Assembly (NCBI GenBank): GCA_964035545.1
Contig: OZ037767.1
Span: 4,542,707-4,606,706, forward strand
Length of the DNA stretch: 64,000 nucleotides
DNA from: Bugula neritina
Taxonomy: Eukaryota > Animalia > Bryozoa
Reading direction: 5' to 3'
The notes under the pieces: generated by a model
Database searches by the model: none
Told to the model about the DNA's origin: nothing
The model's input: only the letters and a program-made list of their open reading frames with translations
Part shown: one piece after another, positions 25,301 through 40,300 of the stretch
Position numbering within the stretch: the stretch's first letter is position 1
How the letters are laid out: each line of letters begins with the position of its first letter
Program-made: the position numbers and the translations under genes

Positions 25301-28300
25301 TTTTAGCACACATGACATTCATGTTCATTATGTCAATATATAGTTAATGTAAATACACAATTTTAAACAAGAAAAGATTTGCACCAATAAGCTCTCTGTA
25401 GAGAACAGAACACTTACCAATGACACCCAACAGCATCTCGTTCAGGTCTGCACTGCTACAACTAATGCTTAGATCATCGGCCTGTGATCTACTATTCATC
25501 TTAGTGTGAGTTTGCGGAGGCCTGTGAAACCTCTCCCCTCCTCCATGGATTAGTGCTGGCAAAGAGGCTAGACTATGCTGTTCAGCTGGTTGCCAGTGGT
25601 TTTCCTGTTTGGCGTATCTACAGAAGTATTAGAATTAGTTGGTCAGTTTTTATCTCATTCTGATGTCTAACCCAAGAAATATAGACTGGAATTGCTCGAC
25701 TAAGTTATTTGTGTCAGCAGTATATAATGCTAATAAACTTGACAGTCAATTTTGCATCAATACAAAGTATGACACACACATATTATATATAGAAGAGACA
25801 CTCGAAACAAGCTGACATTTACCTAAGCTAAGCCTAACAGCAGTGAGCGAAATGTTCCAACTTGTATAAATAGACGAGTGAAAAATCATGTTGCTGACAT
25901 TCAAAGCTGCGGGTATAATAATTATTAGCTGTAGTTGACTTCCATATTCAAACACAAAAAAAACCCACATACCCGCCAATGCTGTTGTAGACCAGCTTTG
26001 GGTTGCTGTCAATATGGCTGGTGGATAAGTTTATCTGCCCTCCATATGGATGATGCCGAGCGTTTTCCTTTTTACTCGGTGGTCGGCCAACTTTAATGGC
26101 TACAAACATTAATATATCATAAAGTCAGCATTAATAATAAGATATGTAAAATCAACAAACTAAATTCAAGCTTCTTTTCTATACTAATTTTCTTCACTCA
26201 AGGATTTTCTTAAAAGAAACATTCTTTGAACAATTATTTCAAAGAAAAACAATGTAGATGATGAGTACCTTCTCTGGACATGCCTGCATTCAGACAAGCC
26301 ATGTATCTACAATAGCGACATTGATTCCTGGTACGAGGGGTGATAGGACAGTTTCCACCTTCTTTGCATGCGTAGTTCTGATACTCAGTCAAGCCACGGC
26401 GGAAAAATTTCTACAAAACATTAAAAAAATATAAAAGCAAAAATTAGCAAAAAGAACTTAAAATATTTTTGAAAAAAGTTGCTACACTTTTTTCAGTAGG
26501 TATTACAGACCGTTTGTTCTTGTTTGTGCCTGTAAGAGTAAAATTACAAAACAATTTTAAATCAAACACATACATTTCCTTTTCAACTACAATCACGTTT
26601 TAATAAGCATAACGAAGAACAAGGCCGGTAGCACTAAAAAACTGGAATCTTTGGTCCTATTTTAATACATGTTTAAATAGGTAAAAACAAAATGTCATTT
26701 CATTAATTGAGTTATAATAATTTTACTATCTAGTAAACTTGAGTTCCTAGTTCTTAATTTATGATAGTTTTCTCAGCCAGAGTACATACTCAAGGATGTA
26801 TCTAATGACACAGCATAGTTAAGGTCATCCCCAGTGAAATATCATCTCATAATCTAGTCTCAGTTCCTAGTTGCTATTGCTCTGTGGGCGGCATGCGTAT
26901 TGCCTACTTGTCATAATTTAGCATGAGATATAACAATTGCCAACAGACCATCAAATTAGCTAGGGCTGCACCTGTTTATATTACAACCATCGCTACAATC
27001 TATTGAGCAAGTATGTGGTCATATGGCAAGCCTCAGCATCACCTCATTATTATTATTACAAGAAACCAGTGGTTCGTTGCATGTGCAATGTACTTGATGT
27101 ACAAAGGAAGATAGTTTTTGTAACTTCTTTTTCAACTAACCATGTAAAACTCTTTCAGATTCTGGAAGCAAGCTAAATGCTAAAGCTAACTCAATATTTA
27201 TCCATTTGCCTAGTCTAATAAAGTTGTTAATAATTACAGGCTTGACTACAACTTAACAAATAGTTCAGAGATGCTCTTCTCTCAAAGCATACTGTTTTTA
27301 TGCTAGACTAATAATCTATCTGTTCACTACCATTGACTAACTTAAAGTCAAAATTACTTTCATCATTAAAATCCTCTTCTAGTTGCAAAAACACTTCTCA
27401 TTGCTAAACTATTACAATCAGTTACAGACTCTGCACAATAGCTTAGAATAGCGAAGAGACTTGCATATAGGTCAGATAGTCATGTGTGAGATTTTGTTGG
27501 TAGCTGTAAAGATCAGATATGCAGAATCTTGTGTGGCCACTTTGAGTTTAGATGGTTTTGGTAAAGGATTTGATTGCTGCAAGTTTCTAATATAGCTAGT
27601 AGGTACTTTTGTGGTCCCATTGTACATTAGTATAAGCATTAATCAACACTTATTGAAGTGAGTTGGAACTTGGAACTATATAAAAGGTTAGACCGTGAGC
27701 CTGTGCTTTAAATATATTCTATTTGCTCTCTGTTGTATACAGTCTAAACTTTAAAAGGTCCAATCAACCTTAAATTGCTTCTAGCTAAATGTCCAAAAAT
27801 AGACCATGTAAGTTTGGTACATTTAGTACCTTGTACCAATTCTAGAATACTCACCACTATAACTTATATAAACTTCTGCAAGTTCAAATGCAAAATGCAT
27901 ACTTCTAGGAAATAACTGTGCAACTTTTATTACATGCATTATTTTATTTCATATCTTAAATTTATGAATCATGAGTTCATTTTTCAAAATGTTTAATTTA
28001 AGTGCTTAAAAAATGCAAATAAAAAGTACAAGTTTAAAAAAATACCCTGGTGCAAATTGACCACAGCCCCAGCTGTTTTGGCAAAACACATTTAATGACA
28101 TTTTTATGGACATAGTGGTAAATGGGCTGGTTGTTTTTGGCAGATGGGTAGCACGCTGGCTGGCTGCAACTTTATACAATTCTGATTGGCTGGACTCTAC
28201 ATGACCAGCTAATGATTGTATCTGATTGGCCTAATAATTCATTTGCATTTGAAAATGTAGAGTTTTATATAAGTTATAGTGGTGATATTTTAGAGTTGGT

Positions 28301-31300
28301 ACACACCCCTTTTTTGGTTGAGTTTTTTAATCTGATCAGCTGTAGTCATCTACAACACTTCAGTGTATGGGGAAATTATTAGTATTACGAAATCTGTTTT
28401 GGCTTATAATTATTGCTATGCCAGTTTTCTGACTTAGTTTTTCATCAACTATATGCAGGCTGTTCTAACTTAGGTGATTTCATCAAAGGTAGACATTACT
28501 TAGACCTTAGAACATCAAATCAACCAGTGCTGTTACTTGGTTTTATTGCAAGCATAGCACACTAGCACAGTCACCTAGCTGCAATGGCAGTGGCCACACT
28601 AAACTCACCAGTTTTATTAAAATATCTTATGTAAGGCACTTAAAGACACTAGCCTAGTTTGTTAGTATGTAGAGCAGTAACACAGTTACAGCAGTCACAT
28701 CACCCCTCTCTATCTTGTCTACCAAGTACAGAGGTTGCAAAAATGATAATCATTTCATGATTTAGTTTTAAATCAATGCATATTACTGAATACATTCTCA
28801 TAGTCTGATTATTTTGCGCTTCAGCTTATTTTAATGTGATAATTTAAAAAATTGCTTCACATGCATATTACAAATGCATGAACCTACGCTAAGCATAAAT
28901 TATTTGCTTGTGTACTCACTACTGTTTTATTTTAAATTCATATAGCAGTAGCTTTTTTAATCAATCACATATTAATCTGCAAGAGTTTAATTGCACAGAT
29001 AATGTAGACATTTTGTATAAAAATTAGTATTAACATGTAATGCCTTGCATGTGGGTCTATATTGCCAGTTGGTATCATCACCTATAATACCATGTTGATA
29101 ACTCTTTCTTGTATACGATTTACTTAGTGAAACAGCATGATTATCTTACAAATGTAATGACATCAGCCATGGGACAATATAGTCTAGAATCTAGACTCTA
29201 GATTCTTTTAACTGTGAAGTAATCAGCCTCAAACCATTGCTGGATGAAGTGCCTACACTTAGCTGTGAAGCTACTGCAATAACATCAACAATTTTACTAA
29301 TGAGTTTTCAATACATGTTTTAGTTGGGTAAAATACAAAGGTTCTCTGGTAAATGCTAGAATAAATGATGATTAAACATTGGATTTAATGAACATTTTTT
29401 CATATTGTGTGATGCAACATGATATAGTTACAGAGAAAACGCTGATCCCACTAAAACTGTAATGAAGGCATTATATTTCAACACTGACTGCATACAACAT
29501 TGTTACCAACAGAATATTATCCATATATGAGTTTGTATTTTGCAAAATAAGCATCGAGTCTGAGCTGCCATTTTCTTTCACCCAAAAAACATTAATATCA
29601 GACTTTAGCTTACAAAGCATAGTGGTATAGCACATGCATATACAATAGCGCACCAAAAAAAATATTATAAAGTGCTACACTTTATTGGTTACCAAGGGTG
29701 GCTGCAGAAAGCACAGCAGACTATTATAATCTTTTCTAAAAGAGGTGCAAACAGTAAGCTTACACCTCCAGGACTATTTAGGATATCAAGTCCTTTATGG
29801 GTTGATTGCTCTTTTAACCTGGATTCTAAGAATAGCAATTAATTTAGTTTAGAGTTACTGCATTCTAGTCAGTTGAAAATAGCCTTTCTTTCCAGGTGGC
29901 ATGGCCAGGAAATAAGTAAATACTGTAGGAAGATCGCCATGTAGTAGAAATAGGTGTGCTCCGGAAGCACTATAGTGAAGTTTTAATGGCTGGCATATGG
30001 TATTGGATACTAGCCCTCAGAATGTTTTTGTCATCTTCCTGCCTCAATGGTGGTTGATGATTACTTTGAGTGAGGAAAAACATGTATTGAAAACTCATTA
30101 GTATAGCTTCAGAGCTAGGTGCAGATATTTCCTCGAACAATGACTTGAGACTGAAAAGCTCACGTTAAATATCACTTAAAAATGAAGCAAGCTGCTAACA
30201 AAATTACTTCATAGTTGAAAAAACTGGACTATATTGTCCTATGGCTGATGGCATTGCATTTGTGGGATAAACATGCTGTTTCACTAAGGAAATCATGTAC
30301 AAATTGGTGATGATACCAAGTAACAGTATAGACTAGCATGCCAAGCACTACAGGTTAAAGCTCATTTTTATATAAATCGTCTATGTTGTCTATTGCTAAA
30401 AGCTGTGCATTTTAACTCCTGCAAATAAATATGCAACCAAGTCAAAAAAATTACTGTTGTAATTTGTTTAAGTAAAATAATGGTGGGTACATAAGCAACT
30501 AATTCATGCTTAGCACATGCTTATACATGTGTTTGTCAGTGTGCTGTAAATATATGCTAGTGATGATAAATATGGTGCAGCACTGCCATTACAGTTGCTG
30601 ACTGTGCTATGCTATTGCTACTGTTTTGCAATAGTAACAACAGTGTTTGATTTGCTGCACCTAAACAGTGTCTACCTTCGATGAAATCACCTAAGTTATA
30701 TAGCTGCCTATGGTTTATTACAAACCAAGTCAGAAAACTGGCATAGCAATATAAGCCAAAACAGATTTCGTAATACTAATAATTTCCCCATACACTGAAG
30801 TGTTGTAGATGGCTACAGCTGATCAGATTAAAAAACTCAACCAAAAAAGGGGTGTGTACCAACTCTAAAATATCACCACTATAACTTATATAAAACTCTA
30901 CATTTTCAAATGCAAATGAATTATTAGGCCAATCAGATACAATCATTAGCTGGTCATGTAGAGTCCAGCCAATCAGAATTGTATAAAGTTGCAGCCAGCC
31001 AGCGTGCTACCCATCTGCCAAAAACAACCAGCCCATTTACCACTATGTCCATAAAAATGTCATTAAATGTGTTTTGCCAAAACAGCTGGGGCTGTGGTCA
31101 ATTTGCACCAGGGTATTTTTTTAAACTTGTACTTTTTATTTGCATTTTTTAAGCACTTAAATTAAACATTTTGAAAAATGAACTCATGATTCATAAATTT
31201 AAGATATGAAATAAAATAATGCATGTAATAAAAGTTGCACAGTTATTTCCTAGAAGTATGCATTTTGCATTTGAACTTGCAGAAGTTTATATAAGTTATA

Positions 31301-34300
31301 GTGGTGAGTATTCTAGAATTGGTACAAGGTACTAAATGTACCAAACTTACATGGTCTATTGGCTAGAAGCTGTATCTTGTTGCCTTGCACTGAGAAATAA
31401 ATTTGAGGCCAGCAAACAACTGGGCTCCTTTGTACTCCTGGCAGCTACTATCAATAGTTGGTTATCATAGCTGCGCAGTGTTCACTCAAGCATGATATCA
31501 TCGGCTTGCTGTATACCAACTCAGAGCCAAGATTATCAACTATTTTATGTTTCTATATTTAGCATCTAATAGAAAAAGCTGCGTCTAGTTAGACTGACTG
31601 ACGCTCTGCTTGCCTGAGTGAAACATCCAAGATGAACAGTTGTAATTTTAGCTAGGCAAGAATTGAGAATTTGAAGAGAAAACCTCCTTAAGATAAAAGA
31701 AGATGTCCAGTGAATTTAGTTTTGTTTCCGGCCTGATAGGTGTCAGTTAATCAGCTCAGATATAACTAGCAATGCATTTTCTATTATTCTGATGCTGCAG
31801 TTATAATATTCCATAACAAGAATTGACTTAATAATTTAGGCATATGCAACAAATCAACCAGTTTTATTCAAGTTAACACCAGATAGCCATTGCTAAAGAT
31901 ATATACATATATATATATATACGTATGATCAGGCATAGAAGTAGCAAGTTCAATAAATAATGTAAACATGCAGAAGGTGTAACAGCTGTGTACTTTTGTG
32001 AAGGAATAAGTCAGGGCTTTTTTATAGCAATACATCCTATAAGTATCTTACAAACATGGGGGAAATAATAGGTTAGTTCTTTAATTACTTTTCTTAAATA
32101 TACATTACAATATTGAATGTCAAAACCGATTTTGTAAAAAAGCAGAATCTATAAAAATTCAACCTGCAAAAGCCTACCTAAAAGGCACATTGCTGGGGTG
32201 ATTAGTCCTGTCAATTAATTATAATTTTAGTTTTTATATCCGTTGATAAAAGTCCTATTTTTGCAAGTAGAGTCTTGATATATTATAGGTGTCAGTTGTA
32301 GAGTATTATGCTTTTTAAACATAAAAATATATAACGTCTTGCAAGAGTAGAGAATCTAAAGATCCTGAGAGCTGATGCTGACATAGAAAGGATGTCCTGA
32401 GTACACATGCTATAGCATTTCTTTGACAAAACCTAATCACCTAGTATCCCACTTGTTTTTGGAACTCAATCTAAAAATATAAATAGCAGTTTTCTCAATA
32501 CATTGAAAAGTAATTTGCAACATTTTGAATTTGAATCAAATTGTTCATACACCACAGTTAGTACTAGTGTAGGCTAATCTATATTCTGTAAAATCTACCT
32601 ATACTGTAAGCAGATCAAAGCTGCCAGCTGGTAACTTTTGAAAAAACACAGCTCATAATTATAATTACTATTAGGTTGGATGCTCCCTTGAAATTGTATT
32701 TTTCAAATAATTTCTTAGTAGATATGATTGCCATGATGACTCCAATTCTTTTGAAACATATGCTTATAATGTATTTTAAGTTGGTCACTCACAGTAAATG
32801 TAGTTTGGTATGCAAGTAGTAGTACAATGAGAATTACTAAACAAAAGATTTTTAGTGCAAAACTATATTTTCTATGTGCCTACTCAACTACAGTACTCTA
32901 AATAATTGGAGAAAAAAGTGATAGTCAATAAATATAATAAATTTGGCCATTTTTCTTACATAATGATGGAATGAACTCTGACAATTTTGATCTAGTCTTA
33001 CAGTCTTAGTAATAGCTCTATAACCATCAATGCATTCTTATTATACTATGCCTTTTTTACGAATATAAAACTCAATTTTGAAGTTTAGTTATACTGTGCA
33101 ATGCTATAATGATAATAATAATATGAATATGAACATAATATTAATAATAGATATAATAACAATACTCAGTATAGGTCTACTGTAATACTAATAGTACAAC
33201 TATACAAATCCTATAAAATTAATTGAAAATAAATATATTATTGCTTGAAAGCAATATCAATATGAAATATGAGAATTTGCTGAAGGAAGCAGTGGTACTC
33301 ACTTACCCTTGAAGTTAAACTCTTAAAGTTAATCAAAGTACACTCTTTCATCCTAGGTTTGAGAGGTGAAAGACGTTTTTCACTCCATTTTGAAATGATA
33401 TTCCCACCGCCAGTTGGCAAGTTCACTTCACAGATTGCGTTTTAACATCGAATTTTTTATTTACCGAGCTAGCTTTTACTAGTAACATATCCAATCGGGC
33501 AAGATAAGTAACGCTTACAGCTACGTATGATATTATGCAGAGCAGTTTGCTTGAGGACAGTGCACTGCAGCTGCGGAATTACTAGGGTAGGTTTTGGGGG
33601 GGGGTGACTGTGAATTATAAACGTTCTATGTGCTTTTTTGAAAGCATTGTGATAGCATACGCTTTAATCATTTATATGTAAAATAAAACTGATTGTTTTA
33701 TAAATTATAATTTACTTATTTATTTATTTTACTATTGTTTTAAAATTTTGATAAAACTTTGAACACCCCCTCATAATACCACAACCACATTCCACTCCTT
33801 TAGTTATAACCTAATTAGATTAGAAGTCACATCTTCAATACAAACAAGCTATTCCGATGTCTGCTGCTGGCATTAGCTTGAAACTGCAGTGAAGCTCTTA
33901 CTGAGCTAGTAGACTGAAAGTGCACTACCTATAGTTAGCTACCAATGTTATGAATTGGTGTAAGCAGTAAAGGAAATGAGTAGTATATATGTGTACAGAA
34001 ACTTGTACTCAAATGCTTATAGAACCCCATAGTTACGGTTATTTGAGATTCAGTCAGGTCCAAAAGAAATTGTGAAATTAAATACCCATTTATATTACAT
34101 CATGCTGAATCTGGTCACATAATTGGCTATTTAAAGATAATTGTAATTAAAACCATATTGCAATATAAAATAACCTGCCAAAGTTGCTCCTTATTGACGA
34201 GTAGTCTAGTTGGGAATTTAAGTTCAAACCATGAGCTCATTTCAGCTAAAAATAGCAGCACCTTGTCACTGCCTATGAATGGCTTGCATGGTCACTGCCA

Positions 34301-37300
34301 GAGCCATTAGCGAAATGGCTTACTGCTATTGCAAGCCTGCTACATACAAGCCTCCTACGTGCAAGCACTATTTATCAATCAGAAACTATTTATTTAATTG
34401 TAAGCTACCAGAATTTTAATACCATGATATTATAAAAAAAGTTGTCTGGTAGGTGCAGTATAAGCAGAAAAGCTTCAACAGCCTAAATTCTTAAATTGTT
34501 TAAGAAATTCTAATTTGGTAACATGTCGGAATTCTCTCTAAACTTCTTAAGCTGCATCTCACCGCCTATAATAGGCCCAATAATACATAATGCAGGGTTT
34601 AATTTCTCACTACCCTCATACCTCATACTTATTATACTTAGCTGATAAGACTTTACTACTATTGTTGAAAGAAAGTTATGCAATTACTATTCAATTGACT
34701 AAGAATTTTCTCCAACAATTTTGTAGATTCTGAAAAAAAAGTTAATGTTTTAAAATAACAATACAGTGAGTTTGGTTACAGATATATTATTAGTATAATT
34801 TAGATTACTCTACAGAACAACAAATTTGCTTTGAGATCACGCACAAAAGGCATGAAATTTAGTGGCCTTAACTCTCACTAGCATCCTAAGATGTCTGGGT
34901 TATCATACAGGCTGTATTACTAAACTGCTTTGCACTAGAAAGAAACAAGTCAAAGCAAGAAATGTACGCAGGCTTCAGAAACCGCTTCATATAAATACAA
35001 CTGAAATCTAGATTCAGGGTAGATTGCGCATTGTACAGCCTCGCGTCTATAGGCAGTACAACAATATTGCAACCACCAAGATTCCAACTACTAGCTACTA
35101 TAATATAATAACCAGCCTCATACCGCCTTTTATCCATACCGCAGTTTACTGCAGAGATGAACTTTAACCCTTCAGTTTAGCGCGCACAACATGAATCGTA
35201 GGTCGCATGAGCTCCCTGTAATCATTATGATGGCTACAATGCAGCGCAGCTCTACCGTGTTCAGCCAAGCGGGCAGACTAAGCGAGATGTAAAATTTTTA
35301 ATAAAATCAGTGTATAAATTACACGTTTACACCAATTCTATTCAGGTTATCTGAAAACTTTAAAAAGCCTCTAATAGACAAATATCTTATAACCCTATAT
35401 TTCAATTTTTACAGAAATATGTTGCTTGGGAATTGAATAATTCGTGGGGCACTGAGACCATGTTTTTTTATGCGAAAATGGGCAATTTTTGACTGTTTTT
35501 GGAGCATAAAAATGCAACGGATTGGGTAGGTAAAGATTTTAAAAAAGCCTCTAATAGAGCAGCAAAATATTTACAAGATGGTTTTTGAATTTTGATTCTA
35601 GCCTCAAAATTAGTCGAGTTATGAGTGGGGCACTGTTTCATATATAATTATAATGAAGCAATGAAATTACTGATTCAGTAGAAGGATGACCTTAATCAAG
35701 CTGTGGAAACTAAGACTTTAGACCACGAATTCCCAAGAGACACTTTCTGTTTGGTAAGAATAGGCCAAGAATGTGGCTATTTCTTTGATAACATTTTATT
35801 GTAATTATCAATACTCATGTACACTATGCAACTCAAGTGTTTGGTACATGTCAACTTAGTAGTAATCACGGGGTTGTGACTTATGATTACTATGCTGCCT
35901 CTTCACTAGCTGGCCTGGATGACCTTCAACTCTAGCTGGTGATGAATTGACAAACTAAGGCCCGTTAATACTTAGTGATTAATCGAACAGCAGGAAAATG
36001 TACAACTGTTGAATAAAACATTATTTAATAATTATTGCTTTTAATTAAACTTGTTAACAGTGAAACTTACTGTTGTAACTTTATGGTGTATAACTGAACA
36101 TTATATAAAATTACAATTTATGACGAAGTGTCAGTGAAATTTGTGACTTATAGGTTAATTGAAAGAGGGACCATCAACTAACCTTACAACCTTCACATGA
36201 AGTGACCCCAAAGTGGACGCCATTTGCAAAATCATCACAGACTTTGCACATCACAGATCCAGCAGGGGCGTCTATGATATCTGGCTTCTCTGTTATAACA
36301 TATAGATAAAATAAATGCAAGAGAACACAACTTCAGTAACTGTGTTCTACTGTATGCATGTCTATATCTAAAGCAATAGGTAAACCATGCAGAGAGTAAC
36401 TGTGCTCAGTAAACATCCTGCAGGCAAAAATGTGATGAAATCATTGACTCAAAATTTATTGCTTAACAAACACCATGGTGTAACTTGAAAAGTTCCACAT
36501 TTTTAATTCAAGACGCAATTTTATATATTATATTAAAACTTTGATGGTACAAAAAGGCATACGCTATAAAATGTTAAATATTTACCCATTGCTTTAGCTT
36601 GCAATAGGTCCAGAAATTCAGCACAATTACTAAAATGCCAGCAGTGTGACAAGAGTAATTAGCAACTATACAACCTTTAGCAGTAGTTTACAATTCTAAG
36701 TGTTTCAGATGTTTCCACTTAAAGCCAAATTTATAATAATACTTTCTTGAAAATAATCTAATGAGACACAAAACATGTAAATATCAACTTGGTGCACAAA
36801 CCTTCCTTTCTCTGCATGCCTGCTGCAAGGCAGGCCTGAAACCTACAAGCCTGACATTTAAATCGTCCTTTGTTAACAGTGCAAGCTGTTGGGTCTTGCT
36901 GGCACCGGAGCTTTACTCCATCCTTAGTACAGCGGATATAGAAACTCTATAAAATATCAGATAAGCTAAATCATATGATGAAATATATGACAATATAATA
37001 TATGATATATAATATAATATGTTGAATATAAGGTGTGTCACACAGTATAATGTAATATATTACCATGTAATATATAGTATAATATAGTATAACATAGGAT
37101 AATATAATATGTTGAATATATGATGTGTCACATAATATATTATAGTATATAATATAATATATTATAATACAATATATTGAATATAAGATAGGTCAAATGA
37201 TATAATATATAATAAGCCGAATTTATGAGGTATGCCAAATAATATAATAAAGTGTTACAGACAATATGTAACATGCCTGCCTGTTATCCAAACAGCTTTG

Positions 37301-40300
37301 TACATGTATTTATATACAACAACATAAAATGATACAAGATGTAGAGTATTCATGATAAATTATTAAAATTATTTCTTGTGAATGAAACCACAAGTCAATT
37401 ATTGACTGGTGAAAATGGCCAGAATATCAATAATTGTATGTAACTTTTTCTCCCGTTTAATACAGTTGAAATATCCAGCATAATTCCATTCAGTTTGATT
37501 AGTGAAGACAAAAAGTTACAAAAAACAATGAAATACTCAACATTGATCAGCTAGGCCATGGTTTGCACTACGTCTAGTACAATCAATAACCCTGATTTCC
37601 GTCTGCGCATCACTTCCTGTCATATGACTAGTATATTGCTGGAATTATTTTTATAAAAAGTTGAAAAAAATTTGTGAGTGGAAAAAATGTTTCGTTGTCA
37701 AATATTTTAGTTGCATTCACAATTTGCTGCCTCGATAACATCTAAAAACGTAAAAGGTAGGAGCGGGTTTCAGTCATATGCTATATTAATCACTGAATTC
37801 GAATTAAGTTATGTTCTATTTCAGTGCTAATAATCATGAAATTATGCATATAAAATGGTAGCATTTTGTAAACATTCATCTTGAGGAATATATAACTAGG
37901 CAAGACCACAATCATGTTGATATTTTCACACACTACACTACACTACACTACACCACACTACACTACACCACACCACACTACACCACACTACACTACACTA
38001 CACTACACTACACTACACTACACTACACTACACTACACTACACTACACTACACTACACTACACTACACTACACTACACCACACTATACTATACCACACCA
38101 CACCACACTACACCACACTACACTACACCACACTACACTACACTACACCACATAACTCTACACTACACTACACTACACCACACTACACTACACTACACCA
38201 CACTACACTACACCACACTACACTACACCACACTACACTACACTACACTACACTACACTACACCACGCTACACCACACTACACCACACCACACTATACTA
38301 TACCACACCACACTACACCACACTACACTACACCACACTACACTACACCACACTACACTACACTACACTACACTACACTACACTACACTACACTACACTG
38401 CACTGCACCACACTACACTACACCACACCACACTACACTACACCACACCACACTATACTATACCACACTACACTACACTACACCACACTACACTACACCA
38501 CACTACACTACATTACACCACACTACACTACACCACACTACACTACACTACACCACACTACACTACACCACATAACTCTGCACCAAACTATAACACTACA
38601 TTATACTACACTACACTACACTACACTACACTACACTACACTACACTACACTACACTACACCACACCACATAACTCTACACCAAACTATAACACTACAGT
38701 ATACTACACTACATCACACTACACTGAATTGCACAAAATTACATAAGCAGTAGAATATAGTCTTATATGCAATTTATTTCAATCAATAATATGTAAAGTT
38801 TATTTTGTAGTTATTTTTTGTATAAAAATTATATCAGCTAATTAATATCTTGGCCAACCACGTGATTCTAGAAAGTGAAGTAGAGGTGTAGAGAATATTC
38901 TAATCTATGCTAATATTCAAATAAAGTCTAATAACTTCATCAAAGTAACCTATACACAGGAAATTGTCCTTGACATGTTTAAATTCTTAGTAGATATAAA
39001 TAGCTCAGCTGGTTCTGGTTTGTTGTTATGTATAATAATATTCATTTACGAATTTCAGCTCAATGACATAGGAAAAAAGACAAGGAATGCATTTTCTAGT
39101 AACATTAAATGAATTTACAGAGAATAAAATTGCTGTTGCTGCTTAAAATGATAAAGTCTATACATGGCTATAAATAGTCAGAGAGAGTTATTGCATTTCA
39201 TTTCTTTGTAAAAACAATTACATACATAAAATATTCTCATAACTATCAGGCATTGTCATTTTTGAAATTCAATATTCTAGAATCTTCTGTATAATATCTG
39301 ATATAGGATATGACATCATAGCTGATATGAGTGAAGTTTCAAATGATTATAAATTATAATGGAGGCCAGAGAGCAGACTCTCTCTATATTAAGGTAAGCA
39401 GAAAGATAAAAGTACAGGGAAATGTTGCAAAAAATACTTTGGTCTAAAACAAAGCTAGTTAAATTTTTTCTCTTGAGGTTTACTAAATATTATCATAAAA
39501 ATAAAACACTTTGCAAAATAAAGGCAGTTCCAAGACCTATTAGCTTATGGGTTATGCATAACTATGCTAGGAAGACAATACATATTATTCATCTGTGCAC
39601 TTCTTTAGCTAAACTAATCGGTCTAAATTAATACCAGACATTGTAATCACTTATTGATGATGTGATTAAAAATAATTGCAATTTAGGTTAAATACACAAA
39701 ATACTTTGCCTTCAGTAGAGTTTAAATCTTTAAATGAATTAGTTTATTTGAAGTCTGGTTGAGAAATAATCACTATACAATAAAATCAATAAAATTGCAT
39801 AAAACTAAACTTCACTAGGATTTTTATTTTCTATTTTTAAAGTTTAAAGTTAGTTAACGTAAGTCTACCGCCTACACATCTAAAACTCAACATTCGGAAA
39901 AAGGTATCAGAATTAACTAAAGAAAGTTTCCTCCAAGGGTTTACAACATATCAATAAACGTAGTTGCGTAATCTAATATTATTCTATTGCTAATAAGTAT
40001 CACCTTTTGTATTTCTGAGAGAGAATATATCTTATGGAGTAATGTAATAATCCCAAGTTGATAGCAAAAACATGTTTTATTGTTTTGAAGTGAATAGCAG
40101 AATCAATCAAACGTACAGGTGATATTACTGTTAGACTGCCCAGGTGAGCTCCTGACAAGTGAAGATGAGATTTGCTGTCAGGCAAGCTTGCTGTTAATAT
40201 TTTAAATGTTTCAAAGATTTTCCCAATTTTAGGAAACATTTGAGCTCAAGATTCACTCCTTCTGTATGGAAAGTAAGGAAGCAAAACAGTACCATATAGG

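Noticed and set aside
29322-30076. Transposase in the foldback spacer
   Set aside because: No ORF of meaningful length or recognisable transposase motif
37914-38753. 279-aa His/Tyr/Thr-rich ORF
   Set aside because: Translation of the (ACACT)n satellite, antisense within an intron
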